A stretch of DNA of 64,000 nt from an uncultured bacterium (GTDB lineage Bacteria; AUK180), in the NCBI GenBank assembly GCA_937863565.1, contig CALMGJ010000029.1, forward strand, positions 10,991 through 74,990. Reading direction: 5' to 3'. Shown here piece after piece: positions 8,654-17,944 of this stretch. The notes under the pieces were generated by a model. The model was not told where the DNA came from, ran no database searches, and saw only the letters and a list, made by a program, of their open reading frames with translations. Every line of letters starts with the position of its first letter. Within the stretch, counting starts at the first letter, position 1. The position numbers and the translations under genes were made by a program.

Positions 8654-9708
8654 TCATTATTTCTCACTGGTATTACCCCGCACTGGGCGCAGCGCCCTTC
8701 AGGGCAGGCAATTTCATCAAACTGTTCATGTCCCGGGGACATCAGGTCCTTCTCATTACGGGACAGAAGGAGGCAGGTTTTACCGATGATCTGCCTATTG
8801 TGAAAATGGACCTTAAAAATGAGGCGGCTCTCACTAAAAAGATACTTTCCTTCAAGCCGGACCTCATTCTTTTCACGGTCCCCCCCACCTTCGGCATCAA
8901 TGCTATCAAGAACCTTGCTCTCAAGGGGCATAAAGTGATACTCGATATAAGGGACCCTTTGTTCTATACATACAATAGCGGCAATATCATTAAGAAAAAG
9001 CTCCTCAGGATAGTGGAAAAGACGCTGATAGAGCATTCGAAGATCGCCGTGATAAACTCGGTAGGGATCAAAGAGATCTACGAGGATGACGATGTGGAGA
9101 AGATCTTTTATTATCTTCCCAACGGGTACGATGCAATGCTTTTCGACGGCCATGCGGAGTTTACAAGGAAGATACTCTATTTCGGCGCTTTTAATGTAAT
9201 GCACTCGATCCCCAATTTCAAAAAATTCTTCGCTTTGTACGAGAAGGACATCGTAAAGCGCGAATACCTGTTTGACTTCTACTGCTTCCCTTCACCTGAA
9301 TTGAACGAGATAAGAAAGATCTCTTTGGAGAACGGCTGGAAATTCCTCCGTTTCTTCGAACCCATAACATCCGAAAGATTCAAAGACAAACTGAAGGACT
9401 ATTCACTCGGTTTGACAATAGTGAAAACGATCTATAACTATTCGATGCCTTCAAAATTCTACACATATCTTGCTCTCGGGATACCCACAATGAACATCTC
9501 TTTCGGAAGGAGCATCATTTCCAGGATCTCCCGCGATATGCATCTCGGTTTCGATGTTAATCCGGAGGTCTACAGCCCGGATTTTTTCGATAATCTCGAA
9601 AATAACTTCAAGGCCTATTCACGCGATGTGCTGAAGAGCCGAGGGATTTTCCTTTGGGAAAAACTCGCAGATGATTTCTATGAATCGGAGATCAAATGCC
9701 TGTTGTAA
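8641..9708 (+). CDS. Glycosyltransferase, GT4-like
   Basis: The N-terminus MAKVVIISHWYYPALGAAPFRAGNFIKL matches the GT4 N-terminal subdomain. Size and locus context fit. Confidence 0.6.
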   Translation: MAKVVIISHWYYPALGAAPFRAGNFIKLFMSRGHQVLLITGQKEAGFTDDLPIVKMDLKNEAALTKKILSFKPDLILFTVPPTFGINAIKNLALKGHKVILDIRDPLFYTYNSGNIIKKKLLRIVEKTLIEHSKIAVINSVGIKEIYEDDDVEKIFYYLPNGYDAMLFDGHAEFTRKILYFGAFNVMHSIPNFKKFFALYEKDIVKREYLFDFYCFPSPELNEIRKISLENGWKFLRFFEPITSERFKDKLKDYSLGLTIVKTIYNYSMPSKFYTYLALGIPTMNISFGRSIISRISRDMHLGFDVNPEVYSPDFFDNLENNFKAYSRDVLKSRGIFLWEKLADDFYESEIKCLL

Positions 9709-10457
9709 ATTCTTTCTCGATGAACGGTCCGGATTCATTCACCGTAGAATTATCGAACGGGCGTAAAATCCTTTTCGGCGATTGGGGTTTCGAACTCGGC
9801 AACTGGTATTCATTCTTTTCCCTCCGGACCGGAAGAGGGTTGAACTCTTCTTTAAAGGATCATGATTCCCTTCAGAGCGTGAACATGCGGACCGAAAGGG
9901 GCATTATTGAACTCCTGAACGCAGAATTTTCCTTTACGTACTGCGACAGCATTGAAAGCGGTACTCTCAAAAGATCGATCGAACTGATACCCGTTCGGGA
10001 TTCTTTTCTCGGAGATGTGGCCTTGAGAGCATCTTTCCCCTCTTCCTGCGCATTCAAACTGAACGGGAAAAGTATTCATCATAGAGGGTCTAATCTGTAT
10101 CGGACCTTTCCCGAGAGGTCGATATTCGAGATTGACGGGGTCCGTTTCACGGAAAAGTTCACAGGTGCGGGCGAAGAGTTCTTACGGCGCTCGTATATCC
10201 GCGATGAACGCACGGGAAAATTCATCTTTCATTCTAGGATCGTAGCAGCGCGCGAAGATGAGCTCTTTATCAAGATCATAAAGAACAATAAGATCATAAG
10301 AAAAAGCATTCTGCTCCAAGTATCATTTCTTAAATACTTTTTTTATTATGCGCGGGAACGGTTCTGGGCGGGAGCGTGTTTCCAGATCTGTTCAAACTCC
10401 TTTTTAAAAAAAGGCGAAACATTGCAGTTCGGCGCGGAGTATGTCTTTGACGATTGA
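9696..10457 (+). CDS. Hypothetical protein, possibly a heparinase II/III C-terminal-like beta domain
   Basis: The 253-aa protein is predicted beta-rich and lies in the EPS locus two genes after 7421..8653. The assignment is weak. Confidence 0.3.
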   Translation: MPVVNSFSMNGPDSFTVELSNGRKILFGDWGFELGNWYSFFSLRTGRGLNSSLKDHDSLQSVNMRTERGIIELLNAEFSFTYCDSIESGTLKRSIELIPVRDSFLGDVALRASFPSSCAFKLNGKSIHHRGSNLYRTFPERSIFEIDGVRFTEKFTGAGEEFLRRSYIRDERTGKFIFHSRIVAAREDELFIKIIKNNKIIRKSILLQVSFLKYFFYYARERFWAGACFQICSNSFLKKGETLQFGAEYVFDD

Positions 10458-11433
10458 AAATATCAAACCTCTTATTATCTCTCAACTTCCCCTGAAGAAT
10501 AGAACAGGAGGAGTTGAGGTCTGGACCGGACAATTGAAGCGCTTTTTCAAAAATGCCGTTATCGTAGGACCGCCCGAAGGCATGCCCTTGTCCAGATTCG
10601 AACATATCAATGCACAAAGGACAGTCAAGGCCGCCATCGAGAATTATGAACCCCGGGATTTCGACCTCGTGATCACATCCGGCATGGGAGGACATACTTT
10701 ATCGGACATCAAATTGAAGCGGGTGAATTTCTTTCACGGCAACTGGATGGGGTTCCGCGATCATTGTTATAGGATATTCGACCGCAGGTATATTTCCATT
10801 TCCGTTCTGAAGATCCCGTATGAGATTAAAAGTGCAAAGAACGCCTTGAACATCCCTGTTTCGAAATTTGTGGCAGATTGCTTGAACAAAGAAAGGATAG
10901 GAAGGCAGGTCCTGATCTATAATACTGTATTTACGGAATACATAAAGAGTACACCGGAATATGCGCTTTTCGTGGGGAGGCCGACAGCGGAGAAGGGCTT
11001 CGGTATTTTCCTTCACATATGCAGGCGGAACCCCCGGGACAGGTTCACCGCCGTTATCCCCTCAGGCAGGAAACTTGCCGGGATCCCTGAGAATCTTGAA
11101 ATACTCTATGATATCCCGAACAGTGACATGAGAGCCGTATACGGCAAAGCCTCGATGCTTATCATGCCTTCTCTTTTCGAGGGCAATTCCTTCGTGATCC
11201 TCGAAGCGCTGGCCTGCGATGTTCCCGTCATAGGGAGCAATGTGGGATTATTATGGGAACTGGATGATATCCCCGGACGGATAGTGAATGGTTTCGAGCT
11301 TGAAGAATGGAGCAGGGCCTATCGCGACATGAAGGATCTTGGACACGGGACTTCTCCGAAAAAATTCTTTTTAGATCATTATTCCCCTTCTGCTATAAAC
11401 GAGCAATGGGAAAGAGCACTGGAGATGCTATGA
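10441..11433 (+). CDS. Glycosyltransferase family 4 (RfaG-like)
   Basis: The C-terminal GT4 signature is present: ...MPSLFEGNSFVILEALACDVPVIGSNVG... Confidence 0.8.
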   Translation: MSLTIENIKPLIISQLPLKNRTGGVEVWTGQLKRFFKNAVIVGPPEGMPLSRFEHINAQRTVKAAIENYEPRDFDLVITSGMGGHTLSDIKLKRVNFFHGNWMGFRDHCYRIFDRRYISISVLKIPYEIKSAKNALNIPVSKFVADCLNKERIGRQVLIYNTVFTEYIKSTPEYALFVGRPTAEKGFGIFLHICRRNPRDRFTAVIPSGRKLAGIPENLEILYDIPNSDMRAVYGKASMLIMPSLFEGNSFVILEALACDVPVIGSNVGLLWELDDIPGRIVNGFELEEWSRAYRDMKDLGHGTSPKKFFLDHYSPSAINEQWERALEML

Positions 11434-12239
11434 TGCTCAGCGTGATCATCTGTACTTCAGGAAAAAGGGAAAGGGAGCTTGGCCTTCTTATGGAGGATAT
11501 TAAAACCCAGAACTTTCCGGATCACGAAGTGGTTCTTATCAAAGGCGTTTTCCCTGTTGGCAGGGCGCGGAATCTTGGGATCAGAAAAGCCATGGCGGAC
11601 ATCGTTCTTTTTCTTGACGATGATGCGCGTATAGACGATCCTGCCCTTTTCAGGAAATTCTTCAACGCATGTTCGCGCGATCAATATTCTGTATTCGGTG
11701 CGGGTCGGCTCGGAGGGAACAGGCTCAACTTTTTTCAGAGACTTATATTGACTTTTATCCCGAGGGAGCTCATCCCTCCCGTTACCGCAGATACTCCAAG
11801 CGATCTTATCGCAACGATGTGCATGGGAGGACAAAAGAGGATATTTGAAGGAACTCCTTTTGATGAACGCATAACTGCCGGAGAGGATACGAAATTCCGT
11901 TCTGCTATCAGAAAGAAGGGTTTCACGACGGTACTGCTTGCAAATTCGTACATTTGCCACCCTCCGCGCAAGAACATAGAAGACCTCATCATTCAGAGGA
12001 TATGGTACGGCAGAGGCATTTCGCAATTGCGTTTTAGAGGGAAAAAAGCCCCCCTCCCCGTCAAGATCGGCCTGATCTTCTATCTTGCCCTGAGATTTTT
12101 TTTCATGCCCGTTCATTCCTTTCTGCCCAACCTGAATTCATTTATCAGAAAAGAAGAACCGCTGAAGCCCCGATTTAATCCGTTCTATGCCTTTTTTGAC
12201 CTTTTCTATGCCTATGGGTATGTGAGTAATGCGGTCTGA
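11430..12239 (+). CDS. Glycosyltransferase family 2
   Basis: The true start is probably the ATG at 11430, overlapping the upstream stop (ATGA). It reads MMLSVIICTSGKRERELGLLMEDIKTQNFPDHEVVLIKG...LFLDDDARID, a GT-A DxD fold. The tracked ORF begins 41 codons earlier inside the previous gene. Confidence 0.75.
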   Translation: MMLSVIICTSGKRERELGLLMEDIKTQNFPDHEVVLIKGVFPVGRARNLGIRKAMADIVLFLDDDARIDDPALFRKFFNACSRDQYSVFGAGRLGGNRLNFFQRLILTFIPRELIPPVTADTPSDLIATMCMGGQKRIFEGTPFDERITAGEDTKFRSAIRKKGFTTVLLANSYICHPPRKNIEDLIIQRIWYGRGISQLRFRGKKAPLPVKIGLIFYLALRFFFMPVHSFLPNLNSFIRKEEPLKPRFNPFYAFFDLFYAYGYVSNAV

Positions 12240-13617
12240 AACCGGCAGAATATTCCTTATCCTGGCCGTCGCTTTCAGCATTTTCTTCTTTTTTGCGCCG
12301 AAGATCGCTCTTCTCGTTTTCTTTATGATCTGCTCCATTATCCTTGCGCTCTATGAAAAGAAAGCTTTCTTCTATACCTTCATCGTTCTTCTTCCGGTTT
12401 CCTTCAGCGTTGATCTTAATCTGTTCGGGATACAGGATATTTTTATTGCCGACCTTTTCTTCCTCTGCATTTTCATCGCGTTCCTTCTCGAAAAAGTGCT
12501 CCGTGAACCGCCTAAGATAGAGATGTCCCTGCTCGTGTACCTTCTTTTGATCTTTTGTTTTATCTCCGTTCTTTCGATCATCTATGCCAAGATCCGACTT
12601 GACCAGAACGAACTGTACAGGATCAATTCGATCCTACATATCAAATATGCCATATTGAACAAACAGACCCTGCGCCCTCCGGTGGTAGGGAATATCGTTC
12701 TTTTCTTCAGGACGGTCTATCCGTTCTTCCTTTATTATTACGTTCGTTCGGAGATATCGACGGAGGAGAAGGAGATCAAACTTCTTCTGAAGTTCATTCT
12801 TGTTGCCGGAGTTCTTGTTTCCATTTTCGGGTGGCTTACTAAACTTGATATCATTCCGGGAAGAATAATGGATCTGTACACCGGCTCTCCTGTACGGGGT
12901 CACATAATGCGTATTAGTTCCACTTTTGATAATCCTCAGGCCTTCGGTGCATTTCTCTCCATTCCCCTTTCAGTGTGTTATTATTACATCCTTCAAAGGG
13001 AGAAGAATGTTCTGTTGTGGTTTCTTTTCGTTTTCATGCTATCCATTTTTGTCTTCACTTATTCCCTGGGGGCCTTTGCTGCGTTTTTGTGCTCGCTGCT
13101 TTTAATAACGTTCACGTCAAAGCGCTCATCTTTCTCCAGACTAATCCTATTCGGGCTGATCGCATTTTTTGTGGCGTTTTTCTTTCTGAAGAACGATATC
13201 ATATTGGCGAAGATACGCGGCTCCGTTCAATATGTGAATCCCCGTAAGATATTCCCCTCCACGACACAGGCGCGTTTGATCCAATGGGGACGATGGCTCG
13301 AGATCATGAGAAAGCATGTGTTGCTCGGATTGGGATACCCCCTTGTCTGGACGGATAACAATTACCTGAAGATGTTCGTCAATGCCGGGATCCTGGGATT
13401 TTTAACATTCTGGACAATAGTGATCCATATGACATTGAAAGGCATTGCAGTCCTCCGAAAAGGAAAAAATGCCGCTGCGACGATCTTCCTTTCCATTGCA
13501 ATGGTCTATTTCATCCACAGTTTTTCCTATGATCTTTCGGCTGTTTTTAAAATGAACGCTTATTTCTTCATCTTTGCCGCGATCATATCGAGGCTCCATG
13601 AAAATGAAAATAATTGA
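12229..13617 (+). CDS. O-antigen ligase / polymerase-like (Wzy_C family) integral membrane protein
   Basis: The 462-aa protein has more than 10 predicted TM helices with a larger loop near the C-terminal third. It sits in the EPS locus. Confidence 0.55.
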   Translation: MRSETGRIFLILAVAFSIFFFFAPKIALLVFFMICSIILALYEKKAFFYTFIVLLPVSFSVDLNLFGIQDIFIADLFFLCIFIAFLLEKVLREPPKIEMSLLVYLLLIFCFISVLSIIYAKIRLDQNELYRINSILHIKYAILNKQTLRPPVVGNIVLFFRTVYPFFLYYYVRSEISTEEKEIKLLLKFILVAGVLVSIFGWLTKLDIIPGRIMDLYTGSPVRGHIMRISSTFDNPQAFGAFLSIPLSVCYYYILQREKNVLLWFLFVFMLSIFVFTYSLGAFAAFLCSLLLITFTSKRSSFSRLILFGLIAFFVAFFFLKNDIILAKIRGSVQYVNPRKIFPSTTQARLIQWGRWLEIMRKHVLLGLGYPLVWTDNNYLKMFVNAGILGFLTFWTIVIHMTLKGIAVLRKGKNAAATIFLSIAMVYFIHSFSYDLSAVFKMNAYFFIFAAIISRLHENENN

Positions 13618-14626
13618 CGCGACGATCCTTTCGCGCAGAGATACCGGCGTTGCCAGAGGCATTAGGCAGATCATTATATCAAGGTCCGGCAGGAAGGATT
13701 ACATCATGCTTGTCAATAAGCATTTTAATATCCCCGGCATCTACCGCAAAGTAATGCTTCCGTTCTCCCATATCGGCCCCGTGCGCTTCATTTATCAGAT
13801 CTTCCTCATGCCTTTCATTCTGGCGTATTTTAAAGCGGAATGGTATGTCTCCCCTACTCACATCCTTCCGCTTTTCAAGTATGGCAAGTATCTGGCCGTA
13901 GCTCACGATATGATGCTCTACAGGGTAAAAGGAAAATACCCTTTTTTCAAGTCTCTGCTCTATCATTTCTACTATCTTCTTACATATTCTAACGCGGACG
14001 TGCTGGTAACATCCTCGGAAAACTCGCGCAATGAGATCGCAGCCTTTTCCAAAAAGAGGGTTTTCATTGTCCGCTTGAAAGTCCAACTCGACCTGGATGT
14101 CAATAAACCCTTATATGCCCTTCTTGGGAAGAAATTCATACTTACGGTGGGGTCTCTCGAGAAGGGGAAGAATATAGGGCTTCTCGTTAAGGCTTATGCG
14201 CTTCTCCCCGAAGCGCTGAGAAGGGAGTACGAACTCGTTATTACGGGAAAGAACGTGAACTCTTCGGATGAGCTCACGAAGCTGGTTCGAAGTGCCGGGA
14301 TCGGCAACAGTACGTCTTTTACGGGATTTGTGACCGATCCGGAACTTATCTGGCTTTACAGGAACTGTTCTCTTTTTGTGTTCCCGTCATTATATGAGGG
14401 CTTTGGTTTCCCGGTCATAGAGGCCCTTGCATGCGGAGCAAAGGTCATTGCCTCCGATACTTCCTCTATTCCTGAAATTCTCCGGAACCCCGCTTACAGG
14501 TTCTCTCCCTATGTTCCGGAAGATCTTTCATCTCTAATGCGTAGAATGTTGACGGACAGGGAATTCTCATCGGATTACACACGCTGGCTCGGAGAAGAAA
14601 AGGAATTTTTAAAAAAGTACTTCTGA
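13598..14626 (+). CDS. Glycosyltransferase family 4
   Basis: The likely start is MKMKIIDATI at 13598. The GT4 motif is present: ...FVFPSLYEGFGFPVIEALACGAKVIASDTSSIPEI. Confidence 0.8.
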   Translation: MKMKIIDATILSRRDTGVARGIRQIIISRSGRKDYIMLVNKHFNIPGIYRKVMLPFSHIGPVRFIYQIFLMPFILAYFKAEWYVSPTHILPLFKYGKYLAVAHDMMLYRVKGKYPFFKSLLYHFYYLLTYSNADVLVTSSENSRNEIAAFSKKRVFIVRLKVQLDLDVNKPLYALLGKKFILTVGSLEKGKNIGLLVKAYALLPEALRREYELVITGKNVNSSDELTKLVRSAGIGNSTSFTGFVTDPELIWLYRNCSLFVFPSLYEGFGFPVIEALACGAKVIASDTSSIPEILRNPAYRFSPYVPEDLSSLMRRMLTDREFSSDYTRWLGEEKEFLKKYF

Positions 14627-14663
14627 TTTCGATAATAGAGCTTTTTTTGTTATAATTATAGCT

Positions 14664-16493
14664 ATGAGACGGCTGCTTTCATATATCCTCATTCTCCTTG
14701 CAGCGCGCATATTCGCCGCGGATATTGTCCTTGACCGCAGAGGCATGATCTTCAGTTCCGAAAATAACCGATACACCCCTCTCATACGGCTTCCGGATGA
14801 ACTGGGTGTGCCCAAGGATATTTTTTATATTGCGGATGACCGTTTCTGGGCTCTCTGCGAAAAAGGCCTGGCGATCAGCAGAGACCGCTTCAGATCGATA
14901 GATATCATCACAGTGAATGATATTAACGAGATGTTCCCCGGAAAGGACGGGATACCTGCGCCGCGTTTCCCATTTATCAACGATGTGTATTTTAATAACG
15001 ACGAAGTACTCGTGGTTTCGGATTCCCGCGTTTTCTATAAGGGCCGTGATGAGACCTCTTTCCGGAAGGCGAAACTCAACGGGGATTATCTTTTTTGCGG
15101 AATATTCAACGGAGATTCGATCTATATCGGGACTTCTCAGAACGGCGTGATATGCACATCAAAGGATTTCTCGGAGATAAAGAGGCAATACGGAGGTTTT
15201 GCCGAGAATATCTATACGGCGGAAACGAATTATTTCGAGGAGATCGCCGCATTGGAGTTCATTGGCGGAGAACTCTTTTCTTTCATGAATTTCGGGTACA
15301 ATATTTTCATCCACAGGGAAGGCAAATGGCAGAAACAGATCAATTTCTACAATTTCGAAAATATCGAGTGCGTAATGTGCTGCGGCAATTACATTACTTT
15401 GAATTTCGGGAAAAGGAATGACATCCTGCTTAAAAACGGAGTGCTTCTTCATTCCGTTGACGGGTATATTGACAAGGACGACATCATCGCCGGCATATTT
15501 TTCGAAAACGGATATGTCTATAAGAAAAAGGAAAGGACTTCGCCGGTCACGGGCAGACCTTTGAGAGCTGTGCATATCCCCACCCACCGTCTCAAGCATT
15601 TCATTGAGAATATGGGAGAATACAGGAAGATGGGGTTCAATGCGGTGGTCATTCCTTTTAAGGATGATGACGGCCATATCATCATCAAACCGGAAAACCG
15701 TCTGTTCGTTGATGCGGGAGCTGCTTTCTATAACTGGAACATGAAAAGCATCATCGAGAAGATCAAGAATGGCGGTTTCACGGTCATTGCCCGGGTAGTA
15801 TGTTTCAAGGATGAGATCCTTTTCAACTATAAAGGCGGTGAATTCGCTTTCTGGGATAAGAACCTCAGCACGCCCTGGAAAGGGAAAAAAGGAGAACGCT
15901 GGGTCGACCCCTACAGTTCTTTTGTGCGCGATTATCTCATTCTTTTCATCAAGGAGCTGCAACGTTTCGATATCGATGAAATTCAGCTCGATTATATAAG
16001 ATTCCCGACCGACGGGCTTACGGATAATATCATTTCCCGATACAGACAGAACGATGTTTCCAAAGAGAGCATGCTTGAACGCTTCCTTGCCGATGTAAGG
16101 GAGAACTGCAAAGTGACACTTTCGCTTGATGTATACGGGCTGATGGGATGGAATAATTACGGCGGTAATCCGGGCCAGGTCATTAAGCGTTTCGCCCCCT
16201 ATGCCGATGTGCTGTGTCCCATGCTCTATCCTTCGCATTTCGATGACCGATTCCTCGGCCAGTATGAGGATATGGACCGGGCATACAATATTATTTTCTA
16301 CGGTGTAAAAAGGAACATGGAAAAATATAAGACTCTTTATATCAGGCCGTATATCCAGGCCTTCAATTACAGGATCAGGGGATATTCCAATGAATATATC
16401 ATGACCCAGATACGGGCTTTGAAGGATGCGGGAACCGAGCAATTCACTCTCTGGGGATTGCAGTTCAATAACCTCGACCTTGAGAATGAATAA
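14664..16493 (+). CDS. Secreted putative polysaccharide glycoside hydrolase (TIM-barrel, GH114/DUF4015-like)
   Basis: It has a signal peptide (MRRLLSYILILLAARIFAADIV). The central region (...GFNAVVIPFKDDDG...VDPYS...DEIQLDYIRFPTDG...) resembles the TIM-barrel GH-like proteins found in EPS loci. Confidence 0.5.
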   Translation: MRRLLSYILILLAARIFAADIVLDRRGMIFSSENNRYTPLIRLPDELGVPKDIFYIADDRFWALCEKGLAISRDRFRSIDIITVNDINEMFPGKDGIPAPRFPFINDVYFNNDEVLVVSDSRVFYKGRDETSFRKAKLNGDYLFCGIFNGDSIYIGTSQNGVICTSKDFSEIKRQYGGFAENIYTAETNYFEEIAALEFIGGELFSFMNFGYNIFIHREGKWQKQINFYNFENIECVMCCGNYITLNFGKRNDILLKNGVLLHSVDGYIDKDDIIAGIFFENGYVYKKKERTSPVTGRPLRAVHIPTHRLKHFIENMGEYRKMGFNAVVIPFKDDDGHIIIKPENRLFVDAGAAFYNWNMKSIIEKIKNGGFTVIARVVCFKDEILFNYKGGEFAFWDKNLSTPWKGKKGERWVDPYSSFVRDYLILFIKELQRFDIDEIQLDYIRFPTDGLTDNIISRYRQNDVSKESMLERFLADVRENCKVTLSLDVYGLMGWNNYGGNPGQVIKRFAPYADVLCPMLYPSHFDDRFLGQYEDMDRAYNIIFYGVKRNMEKYKTLYIRPYIQAFNYRIRGYSNEYIMTQIRALKDAGTEQFTLWGLQFNNLDLENE

Positions 16494-17049
16494 TATCACC
16501 GAGATCGTACTTATCGCATTCGGTCTTTCAATGGATTCTCTGGCAGTTTCATTGACCGGAGGATGTTTTCTTAAAAAATTCCGCGTAAGGAAAGCACTGC
16601 TGCTGGCTTTCTCGTTCGGTTTTTTCCAGGGGATCATGCCGATTCTCGGATGGCTGGCAGGAAGTTTTTTTTCGTCAAAGTTCGCGAACTTCGATCATTG
16701 GATCGCTTTTATAATACTGCTTTTTCTCGGTATCAAGATGATCGCCGATTCGGGTAGAAAAGAAGAGAACAAAGGAGATTTCTTTTCCCCCGGCGCCCTC
16801 GTGCTAATGGGGATCGCTACAAGTATCGATGCATTCGGCGTAGGAATCACTTTCGCCTTCCTCGGTTTCAATATCCTTGCCGCAGTTCTGATCATTGCCG
16901 CGGTCACGGCCCTGATCTCATTCGGCGGGGTTTTTGTAGGATGCCGGTTCAATAGTCTGCTACCCGGGAGACTCGAGATAGCCGGAGGCGCAGTTATCAT
17001 CTTTATCGGAATGAAGATCCTTATTGAACACCTTTCATCAGGAGGATGA
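16486..17049 (+). CDS. mntP: Manganese efflux pump MntP
   Basis: MNNITEIVLIAFGLSMDSLAVSLTGG... is the MntP N-terminus, and the protein has about 6 TM segments. The start is internal to the tracked ORF at 16426. Confidence 0.8.
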   Translation: MNNITEIVLIAFGLSMDSLAVSLTGGCFLKKFRVRKALLLAFSFGFFQGIMPILGWLAGSFFSSKFANFDHWIAFIILLFLGIKMIADSGRKEENKGDFFSPGALVLMGIATSIDAFGVGITFAFLGFNILAAVLIIAAVTALISFGGVFVGCRFNSLLPGRLEIAGGAVIIFIGMKILIEHLSSGG

Positions 17050-17050
17050 T

Positions 17051-17944
17051 ATGAGAAAAGCTCTTCTTATGCTTTCGTTTTTTATATTGAGCCCGGTCTT
17101 CAGCGATATCTTCATAGTGAGGGAAAATACTCCCGAACAAGCGAAGCTCAGCGCTGCGATCGTTTCCCGTTTCAAGGAAGTCCTCCCCAAGACCGTTCTT
17201 TTAGAGATAAATATTCTTCCCGACGGTACGCTCGACAGGAAGCCGGCAGCAGATAGTCCTTTTATCATCGTTCTCAGCAAGAAAGCTCTGGATATCATAA
17301 ACGGATTCTTTCCGGGGACACCTGTTATTGCAGCGGGTTTGGAATCAGCTTCAGGAACTTCGAGCGAAGGTGCGAATGTATCTTTCGTCTTCTCGCTTCC
17401 GGGAGCATCTTCATTCCTGAGCCTCGCCCGGAAGTTCAAGGGGGACCTCTCTCTCATCGGGACAATTTACTTGTCGGACGAATACGATGCATACACTGAA
17501 TACCTGGGGAAGGAATTTGCATGGGCAGGTATTGAATTCATTCCCGTAAAGCTTCATTCCAAGAGTGAGATTTTCACCGCTTTGAACGAACTTTTGAAGA
17601 GGAAACCCGATCTTGTATTCATTATTCCCGATTTCTCGCTTTTCGACGTTAATTCGCTGAGATTGGTCCATTTGAATGCCGTAAAAGCATTTACTATGAC
17701 GGCAGGGACATCGCGGGCGTTCACCCAGGGAGGCATTCTGTTCTCTGTTGACATCGGATATGAGCAGATCGCCGATCAGACAGTCCGGTTGGCCGCAGAT
17801 GTCATGCGGAAATGGAAAAAACAGATAGTGTATCTTGAATGTCTTAAATACTTCATTAATACAAATACCGCTTCTAAGATCGGGATTGAGATCCCGGAAA
17901 ATGTACTTGAGGGGGCGGTCGAAAGGATATCAGTCGTTAATTGA
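17051..17944 (+). CDS. Periplasmic substrate-binding protein of the ABC_sub_bind family (orphan)
   Basis: The start ATG at 17051 follows a GGAGG 5 nt upstream. A signal peptide (MRKALLMLSFFILSPVFS) is present. The overall pattern (PVIAAGL...G.NV...IPV...KPDLVFIIPD...ASKIGIEIPENVL) matches PF04392-type binding proteins. No permease or ATPase gene is adjacent. Confidence 0.5.
   Translation: MRKALLMLSFFILSPVFSDIFIVRENTPEQAKLSAAIVSRFKEVLPKTVLLEINILPDGTLDRKPAADSPFIIVLSKKALDIINGFFPGTPVIAAGLESASGTSSEGANVSFVFSLPGASSFLSLARKFKGDLSLIGTIYLSDEYDAYTEYLGKEFAWAGIEFIPVKLHSKSEIFTALNELLKRKPDLVFIIPDFSLFDVNSLRLVHLNAVKAFTMTAGTSRAFTQGGILFSVDIGYEQIADQTVRLAADVMRKWKKQIVYLECLKYFINTNTASKIGIEIPENVLEGAVERISVVN

Noticed and set aside
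11307-11429. Upstream extension of the GT2 ORF (tracked start 11307)
   Set aside because: The extension lies inside the preceding GT4 gene in another frame. The GT2 fold begins at MMLSVIICTSG, and the ATG at 11430 overlaps the upstream stop in the ATGA pattern typical here.
15159-16637. 492-aa minus-strand ORF
   Set aside because: It is entirely antisense to the GH-like gene 14664..16493, whose plus-strand product has a signal peptide and coherent domain pattern. It has no start context or motifs, and long antisense ORFs are expected in this codon-biased genome. The same reasoning rejects 8578..9204(-), 11457..12116(-), 43642..44352(+), 46676..47326(+), 48074..48697(+) and 49077..49841(+).
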